A DNA stretch of 43,750 nt. It comes from a virus. Below the pieces are notes generated by a model. That model made no database searches. It was given only the letters and a program-made list of their open reading frames with translations, and was not told the DNA's origin. Shown piece after piece: positions 9,190 through 17,876 of the stretch; position 1 is the first letter of the stretch; each line of letters opens with the position of its first letter. The stretch lies in the IMG/VR virus record IMGVR_UViG_3300045988_117155; one strand, 5' to 3'. Both the position numbers and the translations under genes were made by a program.

Positions 9190-9699
9190 CTATTTCACCT
9201 CATAATTTATTGCGCCTATCATATTACCGCTATCTACAAGCGGATTTGAACTTCCTTTACGCTCTACGGTAAAGCCACTGTTCGCAGGGCTTGATAAATT
9301 AGTCGCATATTCTTTTATTGCAGTTGTAACCTCGCGCCCAAGCGCGTCTAAAAACGCAGTAGCTGACAGTTTGCCGTTTATAACTGCGGGTATTAGTTTA
9401 GAGTAGTTTTTTATTATTTTTTTACCCTCCGCGTCCATGCCCGCACGAAAAAACGAACGCTCTGGAATAACTATCTGCGTTGTTGACGCCTTGAGCGGGT
9501 GACCTTGCCCTTTAAACCAATTACGCATTTTATCCGTAACGGTTATGGCAAGACCCCATTCGTGTATTGCCGCAATCTGCGCTTCTTTTGAGCCAGCCGG
9601 AATACCGACGTTAACCTTACGCCCGTTTAGAGCTTTAAGCTCAGCAAACGCTTTATTCAAGCTCTTTACGTCTGATGTAACTTTTACCTTTATTCCCAT
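9190..9699 (-). CDS. HK97 gp10-like head-tail joining protein
   Basis: 169 aa. The internal IPERSFFRAG segment resembles the conserved core of gp10-family proteins. Located in the connector cluster. Confidence 0.6.
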   Translation of the reverse strand: MGIKVKVTSDVKSLNKAFAELKALNGRKVNVGIPAGSKEAQIAAIHEWGLAITVTDKMRNWFKGQGHPLKASTTQIVIPERSFFRAGMDAEGKKIIKNYSKLIPAVINGKLSATAFLDALGREVTTAIKEYATNLSSPANSGFTVERKGSSNPLVDSGNMIGAINYEVK

Positions 9700-10043
9700 G
9701 GTGCCTCCGCTGGTACAGCCGTCATTGCGCCCGTCATATATTCGCCAAGCAGCTCGCTTGCGTACTCCCAGAGAAGCAAACCGTTTCTATCCGGTCCAGC
9801 AAAGGACTGAGATAGTCCCTGTATACTTTCCGAAGTGACACCCGGGTTATTATTCATCAGCTCAAAATATTTCAAAATAAAAAGCCTTACATTTGACGGA
9901 AGGCTCTCAGGAAGATTATTCAAATCATACTTTAGGCTTGTGTTGTTATTTATCCAACCCAAAGCGCATTCGGCGTACATGCACGCCACATCATCAGCCG
10001 GCATAATCGGAATTTGCAGCTGGGTAAGAGTTTCAACCGTCAT
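9690..10043 (-). CDS. gp6-like head-tail connector (DNA packaging) protein
   Basis: 117 aa, the first gene after the capsid gene. Its helical N-terminal sequence is typical of this family. Confidence 0.6.
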   Translation of the reverse strand: MTVETLTQLQIPIMPADDVACMYAECALGWINNNTSLKYDLNNLPESLPSNVRLFILKYFELMNNNPGVTSESIQGLSQSFAGPDRNGLLLWEYASELLGEYMTGAMTAVPAEAPWE

Positions 10044-10196
10044 TTATAAAGACCTCCTATTTCTTTTTCTTTGTTACAGGCTGTTTAGGCTCCTGCGTAT
10101 TTTCCTGTATGCGTTCTGACTCATTCTTTGGCACCTTATTGACCTTCAATCTACGGCGCATATTATGGAATGTTAAACTCACTTTAAAGCCCCCAA

Positions 10197-11192
10197 TCAG
10201 CCAATTTTGTGTCTCAGACACGCAACCGCTATTTTCTTATCGTTCGTGGCAAGTTTCCAGTTCTCGGCTTTTCCGAGGTCTGCAAGGGACGGATATTTTT
10301 CATCGCCCGCAAGTTTAGCTTCTGTATTCCAGCTAAAGCCCCTCGGGTGAATAACCTGCGCCCAGCGGTTAATAAGATAATCTTCCGCGGCAAGCTTATC
10401 GCGGTCTGTCTCTGTCGTAGTCAAACCGTCGGGAGTGCCCGTTTCACGGATAAAGCAGCCGCCGCCAAGGAAATATGTGTCATACACTCCGTCAGTAACA
10501 GGCATGCCGTCGTCAACCTTGATATTGTAGCCGAGGTATCTCTCCATTTCTACAGAGCTCTGCGACGGGTCAAATATCGGATTGCGCGTAATCATACCGT
10601 TTTTTTGTAAGTACGTATATACTGCCGAGTGCATAAATACCATGCCAAGACGGTCGTAATTATCGCCGAGCGCCTGCTTAGTGTCAAGCGTTGCGCCATC
10701 AGAAATATTTGCCGCTGCGCCGCTTCCTGCTGAAATATCGTTAATGTGTGCCTTAAGTGCGCCCGAAGTCGGGTCAAGAATCGCCTTAAGAATAGCAAGG
10801 TAAATCTTCTGTTCGTGGATATTTCTCCAATCCGCAATAAGATTCGCGATTGCTGCCATAGGGTCCGCTCCGCCCAGTACCTTTGCAAGGTCTGTCGCAC
10901 CCCAAGCTTTCTGCCAAATCTGCAAGGTTGCGGACCATGACTTTGTTGTAATGCCAGTCGCGTCAAGAGGGGTTTCGCCGAATACGGACGGGTCGCCCTC
11001 CAATTCATTCCAAGCGGGGATTTCAATAAATCTGCCGCCCTTAGGTGTTCCGTTGATAAGCTGCGCTACCGTTCCGTCTGCTGTAGCTATACCGCTGTTC
11101 ACCATTAAGGATTTCTGAACAGTTCTGTCTTCAACATAGCTTGCAAACTTTTCAGGTACAACTATCATGTCTGAAAGTCTTGTAATTGCCAT
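10197..11192 (-). CDS. Major capsid protein
   Basis: 331 aa, downstream of the scaffold gene, with strong RBS context and the size and position expected for an HK97-fold capsid protein. Confidence 0.8.
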   Translation of the reverse strand: MAITRLSDMIVVPEKFASYVEDRTVQKSLMVNSGIATADGTVAQLINGTPKGGRFIEIPAWNELEGDPSVFGETPLDATGITTKSWSATLQIWQKAWGATDLAKVLGGADPMAAIANLIADWRNIHEQKIYLAILKAILDPTSGALKAHINDISAGSGAAANISDGATLDTKQALGDNYDRLGMVFMHSAVYTYLQKNGMITRNPIFDPSQSSVEMERYLGYNIKVDDGMPVTDGVYDTYFLGGGCFIRETGTPDGLTTTETDRDKLAAEDYLINRWAQVIHPRGFSWNTEAKLAGDEKYPSLADLGKAENWKLATNDKKIAVACLRHKIG

Positions 11193-11551
11193 TATTTTTC
11201 TTCCTCCTTGAAAATATTTTTAATTTCATTGAATACTTTTTCGATTTTAGGAAATTGAATAGCAAACCAATCTACAATTTGCTCGCATTCCCAAACGCAC
11301 GAATTAGACAAACCGCTTTCCTCAAAGAACGCATGAATTATCTCATGCCTTAATACTTGAGTCTGATAAGCTTTCAAATCTTTTTTAGCTGTAACATCTT
11401 CAGCGCAATCTTTAAGGTCAAATACAACAATATCTTTAACAGTCGAATCGGTATACCCGTCCATTGATTCAAGTTTTTTATCTTCAATCATTGAACTGAT
11501 AAATATTGTATATGGCGTGCCTAAAACATCAATTTTAGTTATTTCTTTCAT
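11192..11551 (-). CDS. Small HExxH (zincin-like) protein between the scaffold and capsid genes
   Basis: 119 aa containing VLRHEIIHAFFEESG (an HExxH motif plus a downstream Glu). Its stop overlaps the capsid ATG (ATGA-type coupling). Confidence 0.6.
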   Translation of the reverse strand: MKEITKIDVLGTPYTIFISSMIEDKKLESMDGYTDSTVKDIVVFDLKDCAEDVTAKKDLKAYQTQVLRHEIIHAFFEESGLSNSCVWECEQIVDWFAIQFPKIEKVFNEIKNIFKEEEK

Positions 11552-11552
11552 T

Positions 11553-12209
11553 CTAATTTACCCCGGCTTCCATCTTTAACTGTTCGGCAAGCTCAGGGTT
11601 TTCCTGCAAGAGTCTCATTTGCTCTGTCAGATTATAGGTGTCCTTACTGAAAGGATTGTTTTGCGTACCACCGCTTTTACCCTTACTGGGAACGCGTCCG
11701 GTAGATTTAAAGGCTTTATCTACTTCGACAGCTACCAAAGAATCAACAAGCTTTTTAAGCGCTGAAACATTTTCGGAAATAGCGTCCTCGTCTTCGCCCA
11801 TAACCAAGTCTACAATTTGTATCGCCGTTTCGTCCCCACTGTCGAGCCCGCTTTTCTTAATCTGCTTAAGTGCGAACATTCGATTTTCAGCCGCTTTAAC
11901 CGCCGCCTCTCTTTCAGCTAAGGCCGTTTCCTTTTCCCGGCGCTCTTCTTCCGCGATTTCTTCTGCTGACAGCTTAGTCTTTTTAAGCTTTTCCAGTTTT
12001 TCGCGAAGAGCTTTATTTTCATTACCGAGCTTATTTGTAGCGCGGTCTACCGCTTTTTCAATAAGCTTATCAATATCGTCCTGCTCCGGCTGAGGCTCGG
12101 GGTCCGGGTCAGGATTTAGCTCTAAGCCTAATATCCGTACCATTTCGTCAAACTGCTCCTGCGTCAGCTTGCCCTCTTCAAGCTGTTTCTTTAATTCTTC
12201 AAGTGTCAT
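11553..12209 (-). CDS. Head scaffolding protein
   Basis: 218 aa, highly charged with coiled-coil character (KLEKLKK..., EERREKE...). Lies between the MuF block and the capsid gene. Confidence 0.75.
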   Translation of the reverse strand: MTLEELKKQLEEGKLTQEQFDEMVRILGLELNPDPDPEPQPEQDDIDKLIEKAVDRATNKLGNENKALREKLEKLKKTKLSAEEIAEEERREKETALAEREAAVKAAENRMFALKQIKKSGLDSGDETAIQIVDLVMGEDEDAISENVSALKKLVDSLVAVEVDKAFKSTGRVPSKGKSGGTQNNPFSKDTYNLTEQMRLLQENPELAEQLKMEAGVN

Positions 12210-12391
12210 TTTAAATAAAACCTCCTTGAGTTCCTACCGTCTATCCCACATTCTGAGTTATAGTGGCAAGCCCACTTATAATATATTTTTTGAGTTGCAA
12301 TATTCCGTCCCACGCAAGCGAGTTACGAATTATTACCCCACATTGACGCGCTCTTGCCGAGTTGCACGACAACTAAAAACTGTAGAGCGCA

Positions 12392-12423
12392 CGAAAAAAG
12401 CACTCTGCATTTGCAAAGTGCTT
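12392..12423 (-). terminator. Rho-independent terminator downstream of the 81-aa gene
   Basis: On the minus strand the sequence reads GAAGCACTttgcaaatgcagAGTGCTTTTTTCG, a GC-containing stem followed by a T6 run. Confidence 0.7.
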
Positions 12424-12492
12424 CATATATTTAATTGCTTATATATCGGACTCATATATTTTTTATCCTCATAGTCATATGTGCCTAAATAT

Positions 12493-12738
12493 TTAGTACC
12501 ACATGACAATTTTATCATGTATCGGAGTGTGTAATATTTCTTTTAAATTTGAGAGCAGATATTTTTTAGCGTGATGTACATGAGATTTACACCATTCAAA
12601 TCCAGCAGGCAACGTATAACTGATAATATCCTGTGAGTTAATATCAACTTTAAGTTTTCCACTCTGGACACTATCCTCGGGAAATATTTCGCAACTGATA
12701 ATATTATTATCAATCTCTATATTTTTTAATCTTACCAT
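12493..12738 (-). CDS. Small cytoplasmic protein (81 aa); candidate immunity partner of the MuF C-terminal extension
   Basis: Overlaps the 3' end of the MuF gene by 29 nt. No TM segment or signal peptide. Followed by a terminator. Confidence 0.6.
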   Translation of the reverse strand: MVRLKNIEIDNNIISCEIFPEDSVQSGKLKVDINSQDIISYTLPAGFEWCKSHVHHAKKYLLSNLKEILHTPIHDKIVMWY

Positions 12739-14131
12739 AAAACTCCATTGCCTCCTTATTATAGTTGTATTGTTTTGATGCCATAATATGCGCCTCGTCT
12801 TGAGTATATCCCTTACACATTAATTTTCGCTCTGTAATCTCATGCTTAATCATAGTTATATCATGTGCTTCTGGATTTCCATTTATTAAGCGTTTCCAAC
12901 TTTCTGCCATCATAAAATCAGGCTCAAATCTTTTCGGTTCACCATCACCCAAATCATGCTTATCATAAAATATAAAGTTTTTAATATCCTGTATTTCCTT
13001 TTCGGAAAAGCCTGTAGTTTTTGCAATACGAGCTACATCAGTTTTCATATGACGAACACTTTCATAGTAAGCCACTGCATGAGTTTCTGCCTTTTTACCA
13101 AGAGGATTTCGCGCTCCGCTAATTGCTCCAGCTTTTATTATATCACTATTTTTATCCTCCGTAAACGGTTTTCCTTCAAAATTTTTACCGGTAAGTTGCA
13201 CATATTCTTCTTCGCTAACCAGTTTATAGCGCACAAAGCAGCGGCAATTTATATCCTGTGAGGCGATTCCGCTCTGCCCGGGCGCGTCGGTCATATTTCC
13301 GTCCGACAATTCAAACTGTTCATCGGCAAGAACAGTCTGACCTTCCATTTGAATATGATTCGCGCCGTGACCCATTTTTGTTATAGTACCTTTTTTACTT
13401 TTACGAACTACATTCGGTCGAACTCTGTTATCTTTCATAGTACGCCATATTTTAGCCATACGCATATCCACGCCGGCTTCTTTAAGCTGCGCGTCAAAAT
13501 CTCTTGCACCTTCATTTAAACCAGCTTCACGTACTCTATGAACTTCCGTACGAGCCACGCGAACAGACTTCTTATAATCTCCATCAAGCACTTTTGAAAT
13601 ACGCTTTGACATTGTATCAACTGTTTCGCCATTTGTAATTCCGATATTGATAGCCTGCTTTAAATTGTATATAACACCTTTGCGATTCTTTTCAAGAACA
13701 TCATTCAGCATTATTTTATCGATAATCGTATTATCTACGCCGGACTTTACCTGCATAGGCTGTACATAGCTTAACCCTTTAAGCGCTGAACTCACTTCGC
13801 CCGAAACACTTGATGCCGCAGCTTCAAGCATTCCGTTATAACTGAGATTATACACGGAGCTTATAAGCTGCGTCATTTCGCTTCTTATCTCTGGCGCGAC
13901 CCGGTCAATATGCTGCTGCACTTCTTCAAGGAATCGCGCCTGTGCTTGTTTTTTAGCCAAAATATCGTATGTAAGCTTTCCGTCTTCCGCAAGGGTAGCG
14001 TATTCATAACCGATAAATTGTTTAAGTTCTTTCAAACACTGCTTATACGTGGCTCGGATTTTCTTTTCAGCGCCAAGCTCTCTATGCTCTGCGATACGCC
14101 GCACTTGCAGAAGTAATTTATCTAAAGTCAT
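12710..14131 (-). CDS. Head morphogenesis protein (SPP1 gp7 / Mu F family) with a C-terminal extension of about 140 aa
   Basis: 473 aa, directly after the portal gene. The core (...VARTEVHRVREAGLNEG...) is typical of MuF/gp7. The extra C-terminal domain contains HDLGDG...FEPDF...WKRL...IKHEITE...EAH. Confidence 0.8.
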   Translation of the reverse strand: MTLDKLLLQVRRIAEHRELGAEKKIRATYKQCLKELKQFIGYEYATLAEDGKLTYDILAKKQAQARFLEEVQQHIDRVAPEIRSEMTQLISSVYNLSYNGMLEAAASSVSGEVSSALKGLSYVQPMQVKSGVDNTIIDKIMLNDVLEKNRKGVIYNLKQAINIGITNGETVDTMSKRISKVLDGDYKKSVRVARTEVHRVREAGLNEGARDFDAQLKEAGVDMRMAKIWRTMKDNRVRPNVVRKSKKGTITKMGHGANHIQMEGQTVLADEQFELSDGNMTDAPGQSGIASQDINCRCFVRYKLVSEEEYVQLTGKNFEGKPFTEDKNSDIIKAGAISGARNPLGKKAETHAVAYYESVRHMKTDVARIAKTTGFSEKEIQDIKNFIFYDKHDLGDGEPKRFEPDFMMAESWKRLINGNPEAHDITMIKHEITERKLMCKGYTQDEAHIMASKQYNYNKEAMEFYGKIKKYRD

Positions 14132-14134
14132 TGA

Positions 14135-15601
14135 TTATTCCTCATCTTCCACAGCAGCGCCTTCTTCCGGCTCTTCAAAATCCTCTTTTATATTTTCTTC
14201 AAGAGACGGTATATCGGTCTTCTCGCGCTCTTTAAGCTGCATAAGGTAATCTATATCATCTACAAAGGACAGGGCTTCCGCAAAAGCTATTTCCTCCGGC
14301 ACTCCGGCACTTATAAGCGTTTGCACCGTCTGCGCTTCCGTAAGCATAGCTATCGGGAAATTACGCGTAAATGACATGACGCACTGTAAAGGGTCAAATG
14401 CAATCTTACGCGCGTTAAAGCAAAACGCAAGCAGCTTAAACATATACACGCCTGCGCTCATCATCTTAGCTTGGAACATTCCGCATTTAGTTTCATGGCC
14501 CGTCAGTTTGAACTTTAAACTCTCACCGCTTGCCGTACCAAAAGTCTCGTCCGATAAATTCGGAGTTTTACTAAAGCGGTAAATATTGTTTTTAAGTCTT
14601 TCAAGATGATGTTCAGTAAAGCTATCATTTACATTATTCTGAAGCTTGTACACGTCCGCGTTACCTGTCGGGTCCATAATCTTTATTGCGCCCGTAATAT
14701 TGGACTTTTGTATTTCCTCGTCGTTGACCTTAATATTTTTATAAACAGTCTTAGAATTAACTTCTCCTTCTATCTGGTTACTGCAATCAGAAGTACAGCG
14801 GTCATACGCGTCTATAAGAGTCATAACCTTCTCGGGGTCGCCCATCATCTCGCTGTTACGTGGAATACCTTGCAGCGGACAACTGCCGTAGAAATGTGGC
14901 TCGCGCTTATATTCTGCTAAAGAATCCACAGAAGACCCTTTATAGTATACAACATCATTGCTATCGTAAAACTCAGCGCGCCAAACAGTGTTACCGTTTA
15001 AATCCTGATTATAAAAATACCGAACAGCGTATTGCGGCTCGGTAATATCAGTTTTGGCAAGAATAATTGTTTCATGCGCAGGTAAAATCATAACGCGCTC
15101 GCAGCCGTCAGGGTCCCTATAAAATAACCTGCCAGCGTAGCCACAAATAGTAGCAAATCTTGTAGCTTCCATATCACGGTCAAACATATTATTGCGCGTT
15201 ATAAAATCCGTAAGCGCCTTAGTAGCTGCTTCCATTGCTTCTTCATTTCCTGTATCTTCAATACTTTCCTCAGTATTCGCGTAGCTATACGCGATAGGCT
15301 TACCTGCAAAATATCCTGTCGCAAAATCTACTATTTCACCGAAAAAGTCATTCGCCAATTTATTATTTATCGGCGTGCCCGTTTCAGTCTTAAAGCGCGG
15401 CTCACGATTAAGAATAGGCACTTCAAATTGAAGCATTTCATATCTCTTATAAAGCGAGCGATTATATAACGCATTCGGCTTATGCCTCTGAATGATTTTA
15501 TGTAACAACTCGTCGCTGATACCGACTTCCTCTATAATATCTATCGCGTCCGAATAGTCCGGATATAATTCAGCTTCTGTTCTTAGTCTTGACGTCTTCA
15601 T
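14135..15601 (-). CDS. Portal protein (SPP1 gp6-like)
   Basis: 488 aa, immediately downstream of the large terminase, with an acidic C-terminal tail and sequence typical of SPP1-type portals. Confidence 0.9.
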   Translation of the reverse strand: MKTSRLRTEAELYPDYSDAIDIIEEVGISDELLHKIIQRHKPNALYNRSLYKRYEMLQFEVPILNREPRFKTETGTPINNKLANDFFGEIVDFATGYFAGKPIAYSYANTEESIEDTGNEEAMEAATKALTDFITRNNMFDRDMEATRFATICGYAGRLFYRDPDGCERVMILPAHETIILAKTDITEPQYAVRYFYNQDLNGNTVWRAEFYDSNDVVYYKGSSVDSLAEYKREPHFYGSCPLQGIPRNSEMMGDPEKVMTLIDAYDRCTSDCSNQIEGEVNSKTVYKNIKVNDEEIQKSNITGAIKIMDPTGNADVYKLQNNVNDSFTEHHLERLKNNIYRFSKTPNLSDETFGTASGESLKFKLTGHETKCGMFQAKMMSAGVYMFKLLAFCFNARKIAFDPLQCVMSFTRNFPIAMLTEAQTVQTLISAGVPEEIAFAEALSFVDDIDYLMQLKEREKTDIPSLEENIKEDFEEPEEGAAVEDEE

Positions 15602-15731
15602 TTTTCTTACCCTTTCTTAAATAATTCGGCAAATGCCTGTCAAAATACAAATTCCCGTTAGGAAGTATTGTAAGACCGCAATTTACGCATACTCTTACCG
15701 CATTTATCTTTTTCCATATATGATTACACAT
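15570..15731 (-). CDS. Possible small Cys-containing ORF (53 aa from ATG 15731)
   Basis: ATG 15731 lies next to the terL stop. Translation begins MCNHIWKKINAVRVCVNCG... It overlaps the portal start by 32 nt, so it is uncertain. Confidence 0.3.
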   Translation of the reverse strand: MCNHIWKKINAVRVCVNCGLTILPNGNLYFDRHLPNYLRKGKKNEDVKTKNRS

Positions 15732-15732
15732 C

Positions 15733-16959
15733 TTATAACCTTTCTGCCGCTGTAGCCACTGCGCCAAGGCGGCATAGCTCTGTTGCATATCTGAGCGCGT
15801 CAATTAAATGGTTATCTTTATCAACCGGCTTCGGTAAAGCGTTACCGAGCTTGTCTTCCTGCCAATGATAAGACTGAATTTCATTCTTAAACTCCTGACA
15901 GTGTATATCAATTATAATCTCATATTCTTTAAGCCAGCTAATACCGTCGTTAATACTATTCGGCCCTTTCTTAGCCGGTATAACAGTTATACCGCGATTA
16001 TTAAGTTCAAGTATAGCCTGCGCGCCTTGTGGGTCGCCAACAATAAACTCGTCTTTACTTATTCGGTTATTTAGCTCTTCTGCGAGCTCGTCAATAAGCG
16101 TATTGGATTTCTTATATTCGTTAAATACAAATATCTGCTTTTGACCTTCGTTGACATGTACCCGAATAAATGCGTTCGGGTCTGTAACTCCGAAGTCAAT
16201 ACCGTTATAAATATTATCAAACGAAGGAATAACGTCCGATAAATCTTCCGTACGCCAATTCTTAAATATAACCTTACCAAGTACACCCCAATTACCGAGC
16301 GTATATACATTATAAAAATAAGGGTCGGTTTCATGCTCAAGCGCATATATATCCTCGTCAGTTAAAAATTTATTATCTTTATAAGTAGTTTTCAGAATCA
16401 ATAAATCATCACTCTTATATAGATTTTTGCTGTCGTCCCAATTCCAAAAAAACTCTTGGTATATCCAATGCGTTTGCAATATCGGGTTAAAACTGAATAT
16501 AACGCGCTTACCTATGCCGTCTGGCGTAGCGCCTCTTAAACGCTTTGTAAGCTGCTTATAGGCTTCCCTTGCAGTTTCAGTAGCTTCCTCAATCCATATA
16601 TCAGTAATAACTCCGTCAATAGGTGTTATAGACTTTAGCTTTTCCGGGTCGTCCAAACCGCCGAAAAGGATTTGACGATTATTACGTTTACAAGTAATAA
16701 CCATTTCGCTTTTGGACATTTGAAAGACTTCGCTTAAATTAAAATCTATAATCGTTTTTACTATCTGATTATAAACACTCCGCTTTATTGTATTAGCCAC
16801 GTTTCTTACAATTAAATAATTATGACCCTTTAAAACGTCCATAACTACTCGCTGCGCCAAGAAAAACGACTTACCGCTTGAAGAGCCGCCGAAAAATATT
16901 TGCGTCCGTGTCGTATCGTTCAAGTATGGGATATACGCGTCATTTACATATATGTTCAT
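15733..16959 (-). CDS. terL: Terminase large subunit (PBSX/XtmB-type)
   Basis: 408 aa. Walker A-like FFGGSSSGKS near the N-terminus, with a nuclease half downstream. Follows the small terminase gene with a 4-nt overlap. Confidence 0.95.
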   Translation of the reverse strand: MNIYVNDAYIPYLNDTTRTQIFFGGSSSGKSFFLAQRVVMDVLKGHNYLIVRNVANTIKRSVYNQIVKTIIDFNLSEVFQMSKSEMVITCKRNNRQILFGGLDDPEKLKSITPIDGVITDIWIEEATETAREAYKQLTKRLRGATPDGIGKRVIFSFNPILQTHWIYQEFFWNWDDSKNLYKSDDLLILKTTYKDNKFLTDEDIYALEHETDPYFYNVYTLGNWGVLGKVIFKNWRTEDLSDVIPSFDNIYNGIDFGVTDPNAFIRVHVNEGQKQIFVFNEYKKSNTLIDELAEELNNRISKDEFIVGDPQGAQAILELNNRGITVIPAKKGPNSINDGISWLKEYEIIIDIHCQEFKNEIQSYHWQEDKLGNALPKPVDKDNHLIDALRYATELCRLGAVATAAERL

Positions 16960-17321
16960 TCTCTTTCACTCGCCGGAAGAATATTAAACACAAAATCCTC
17001 CGCTCCGCTATGTTCAATTTGCTGTTTATATTTGCCTTTAAGCTCAAAATACAGCTTTATAGCCTGTGTATCGCCGCAGATACAACGACGTATAAGCGCT
17101 TTCCACACAGTGCTGAGCTCTGCGTCAGTATACGAATCTATTAACGAATCAACATATTTTATAAAATCCGGGTCTTTGAGCCACCTGTATAAAGTTGTAC
17201 GCGGAACGCCAACTTGTTCTATTATTTCTGTTTTATTAGCCTTTATGTCAGGATTGGCAAGCATTTCAGCGACTTCACGCTGTTTTTTGCTCAAACCTGT
17301 ACTTGTTCCACTTCGTTTCAA
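16956..17321 (-). CDS. terS: Terminase small subunit (HTH type)
   Basis: 121 aa containing the HTH segment IIEQVGVPRTTLYRWLK. TTG start with RBS GAGAGGTGG. Immediately upstream of terL. Confidence 0.8.
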   Translation of the reverse strand: MKRSGTSTGLSKKQREVAEMLANPDIKANKTEIIEQVGVPRTTLYRWLKDPDFIKYVDSLIDSYTDAELSTVWKALIRRCICGDTQAIKLYFELKGKYKQQIEHSGAEDFVFNILPASERE

Positions 17322-17349
17322 TGCTTACCACCTCTCAATCACAATAAAA

Positions 17350-17376
17350 GAACGGTCATAATTTCTATGACCGTTC
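17350..17376 (-). terminator. Hairpin followed by a T-run directly upstream of the terS RBS
   Basis: GAACGGTCATAgaaatTATGACCGTTC is followed by TTTTATT on the minus strand. It sits 10-20 nt before the terS Shine-Dalgarno sequence. Confidence 0.6.
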
Positions 17377-17462
17377 AAAACTAAGGAGGCATCCATGCCT
17401 ATGTAAAAAGCTACTCTTTTATCTTTTTACATTTTATATAATACCATAAGAATAGTGGTACT

Positions 17463-17876
17463 TTACGCGGCTAAACTTTCAATAGCACGTTTCAGCCGGC
17501 GCTGTACCCAACGATAGGCATAATGTAAATTAACTGCGATTTCTTCTATTTTCATGCCGTTAAGATACCTCATCTCCAATATTAGTTTATCCGTTTTATC
17601 TAACCCGCTGCTTTTTATAAATTCTGAAATTTCTTTTTGAATGTTCTTCAATTCAGTAATTTCCTCGCTTATTTCATTTTGCAGGTCAATAATACTACAA
17701 ACTGCGTCCTCAACTTTCTTTGAGGGCAAAGAAGAAAAAGCTGCAACCGGTTTTAACGCAAGAGTTATAGATTCCGCATGTTGCTTCCATTCCTCAATCC
17801 GGTGTTGCTTCACCGCAATTCGCGCGTCAAGCCTATATCCTCTGTTTAAAAATTCTTTTACTTCTTCTACGGTCAT
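17463..17876 (-). CDS. Late-gene transcriptional activator, sigma-70 region 4-like (RinA/ArpU/DUF1492 type)
   Basis: 137 aa. The C-terminus (LILEMRYLNGMKIEEIAVNLHYAYRWVQRRLKRAIESL) is a region-4-type HTH. Located just upstream of the packaging genes. Confidence 0.7.
   Translation of the reverse strand: MTVEEVKEFLNRGYRLDARIAVKQHRIEEWKQHAESITLALKPVAAFSSLPSKKVEDAVCSIIDLQNEISEEITELKNIQKEISEFIKSSGLDKTDKLILEMRYLNGMKIEEIAVNLHYAYRWVQRRLKRAIESLAA

Noticed and set aside
10057-10161. 34-aa Lys-rich ORF (MRRRLKVNKVPKNESERIQENTQEPKQPVTKKKK) between the capsid and connector genes
   Set aside because: It has no Shine-Dalgarno sequence within range, and its stop lies in the RBS of the next gene. It could be real but is unsupported, so it is left uncalled.
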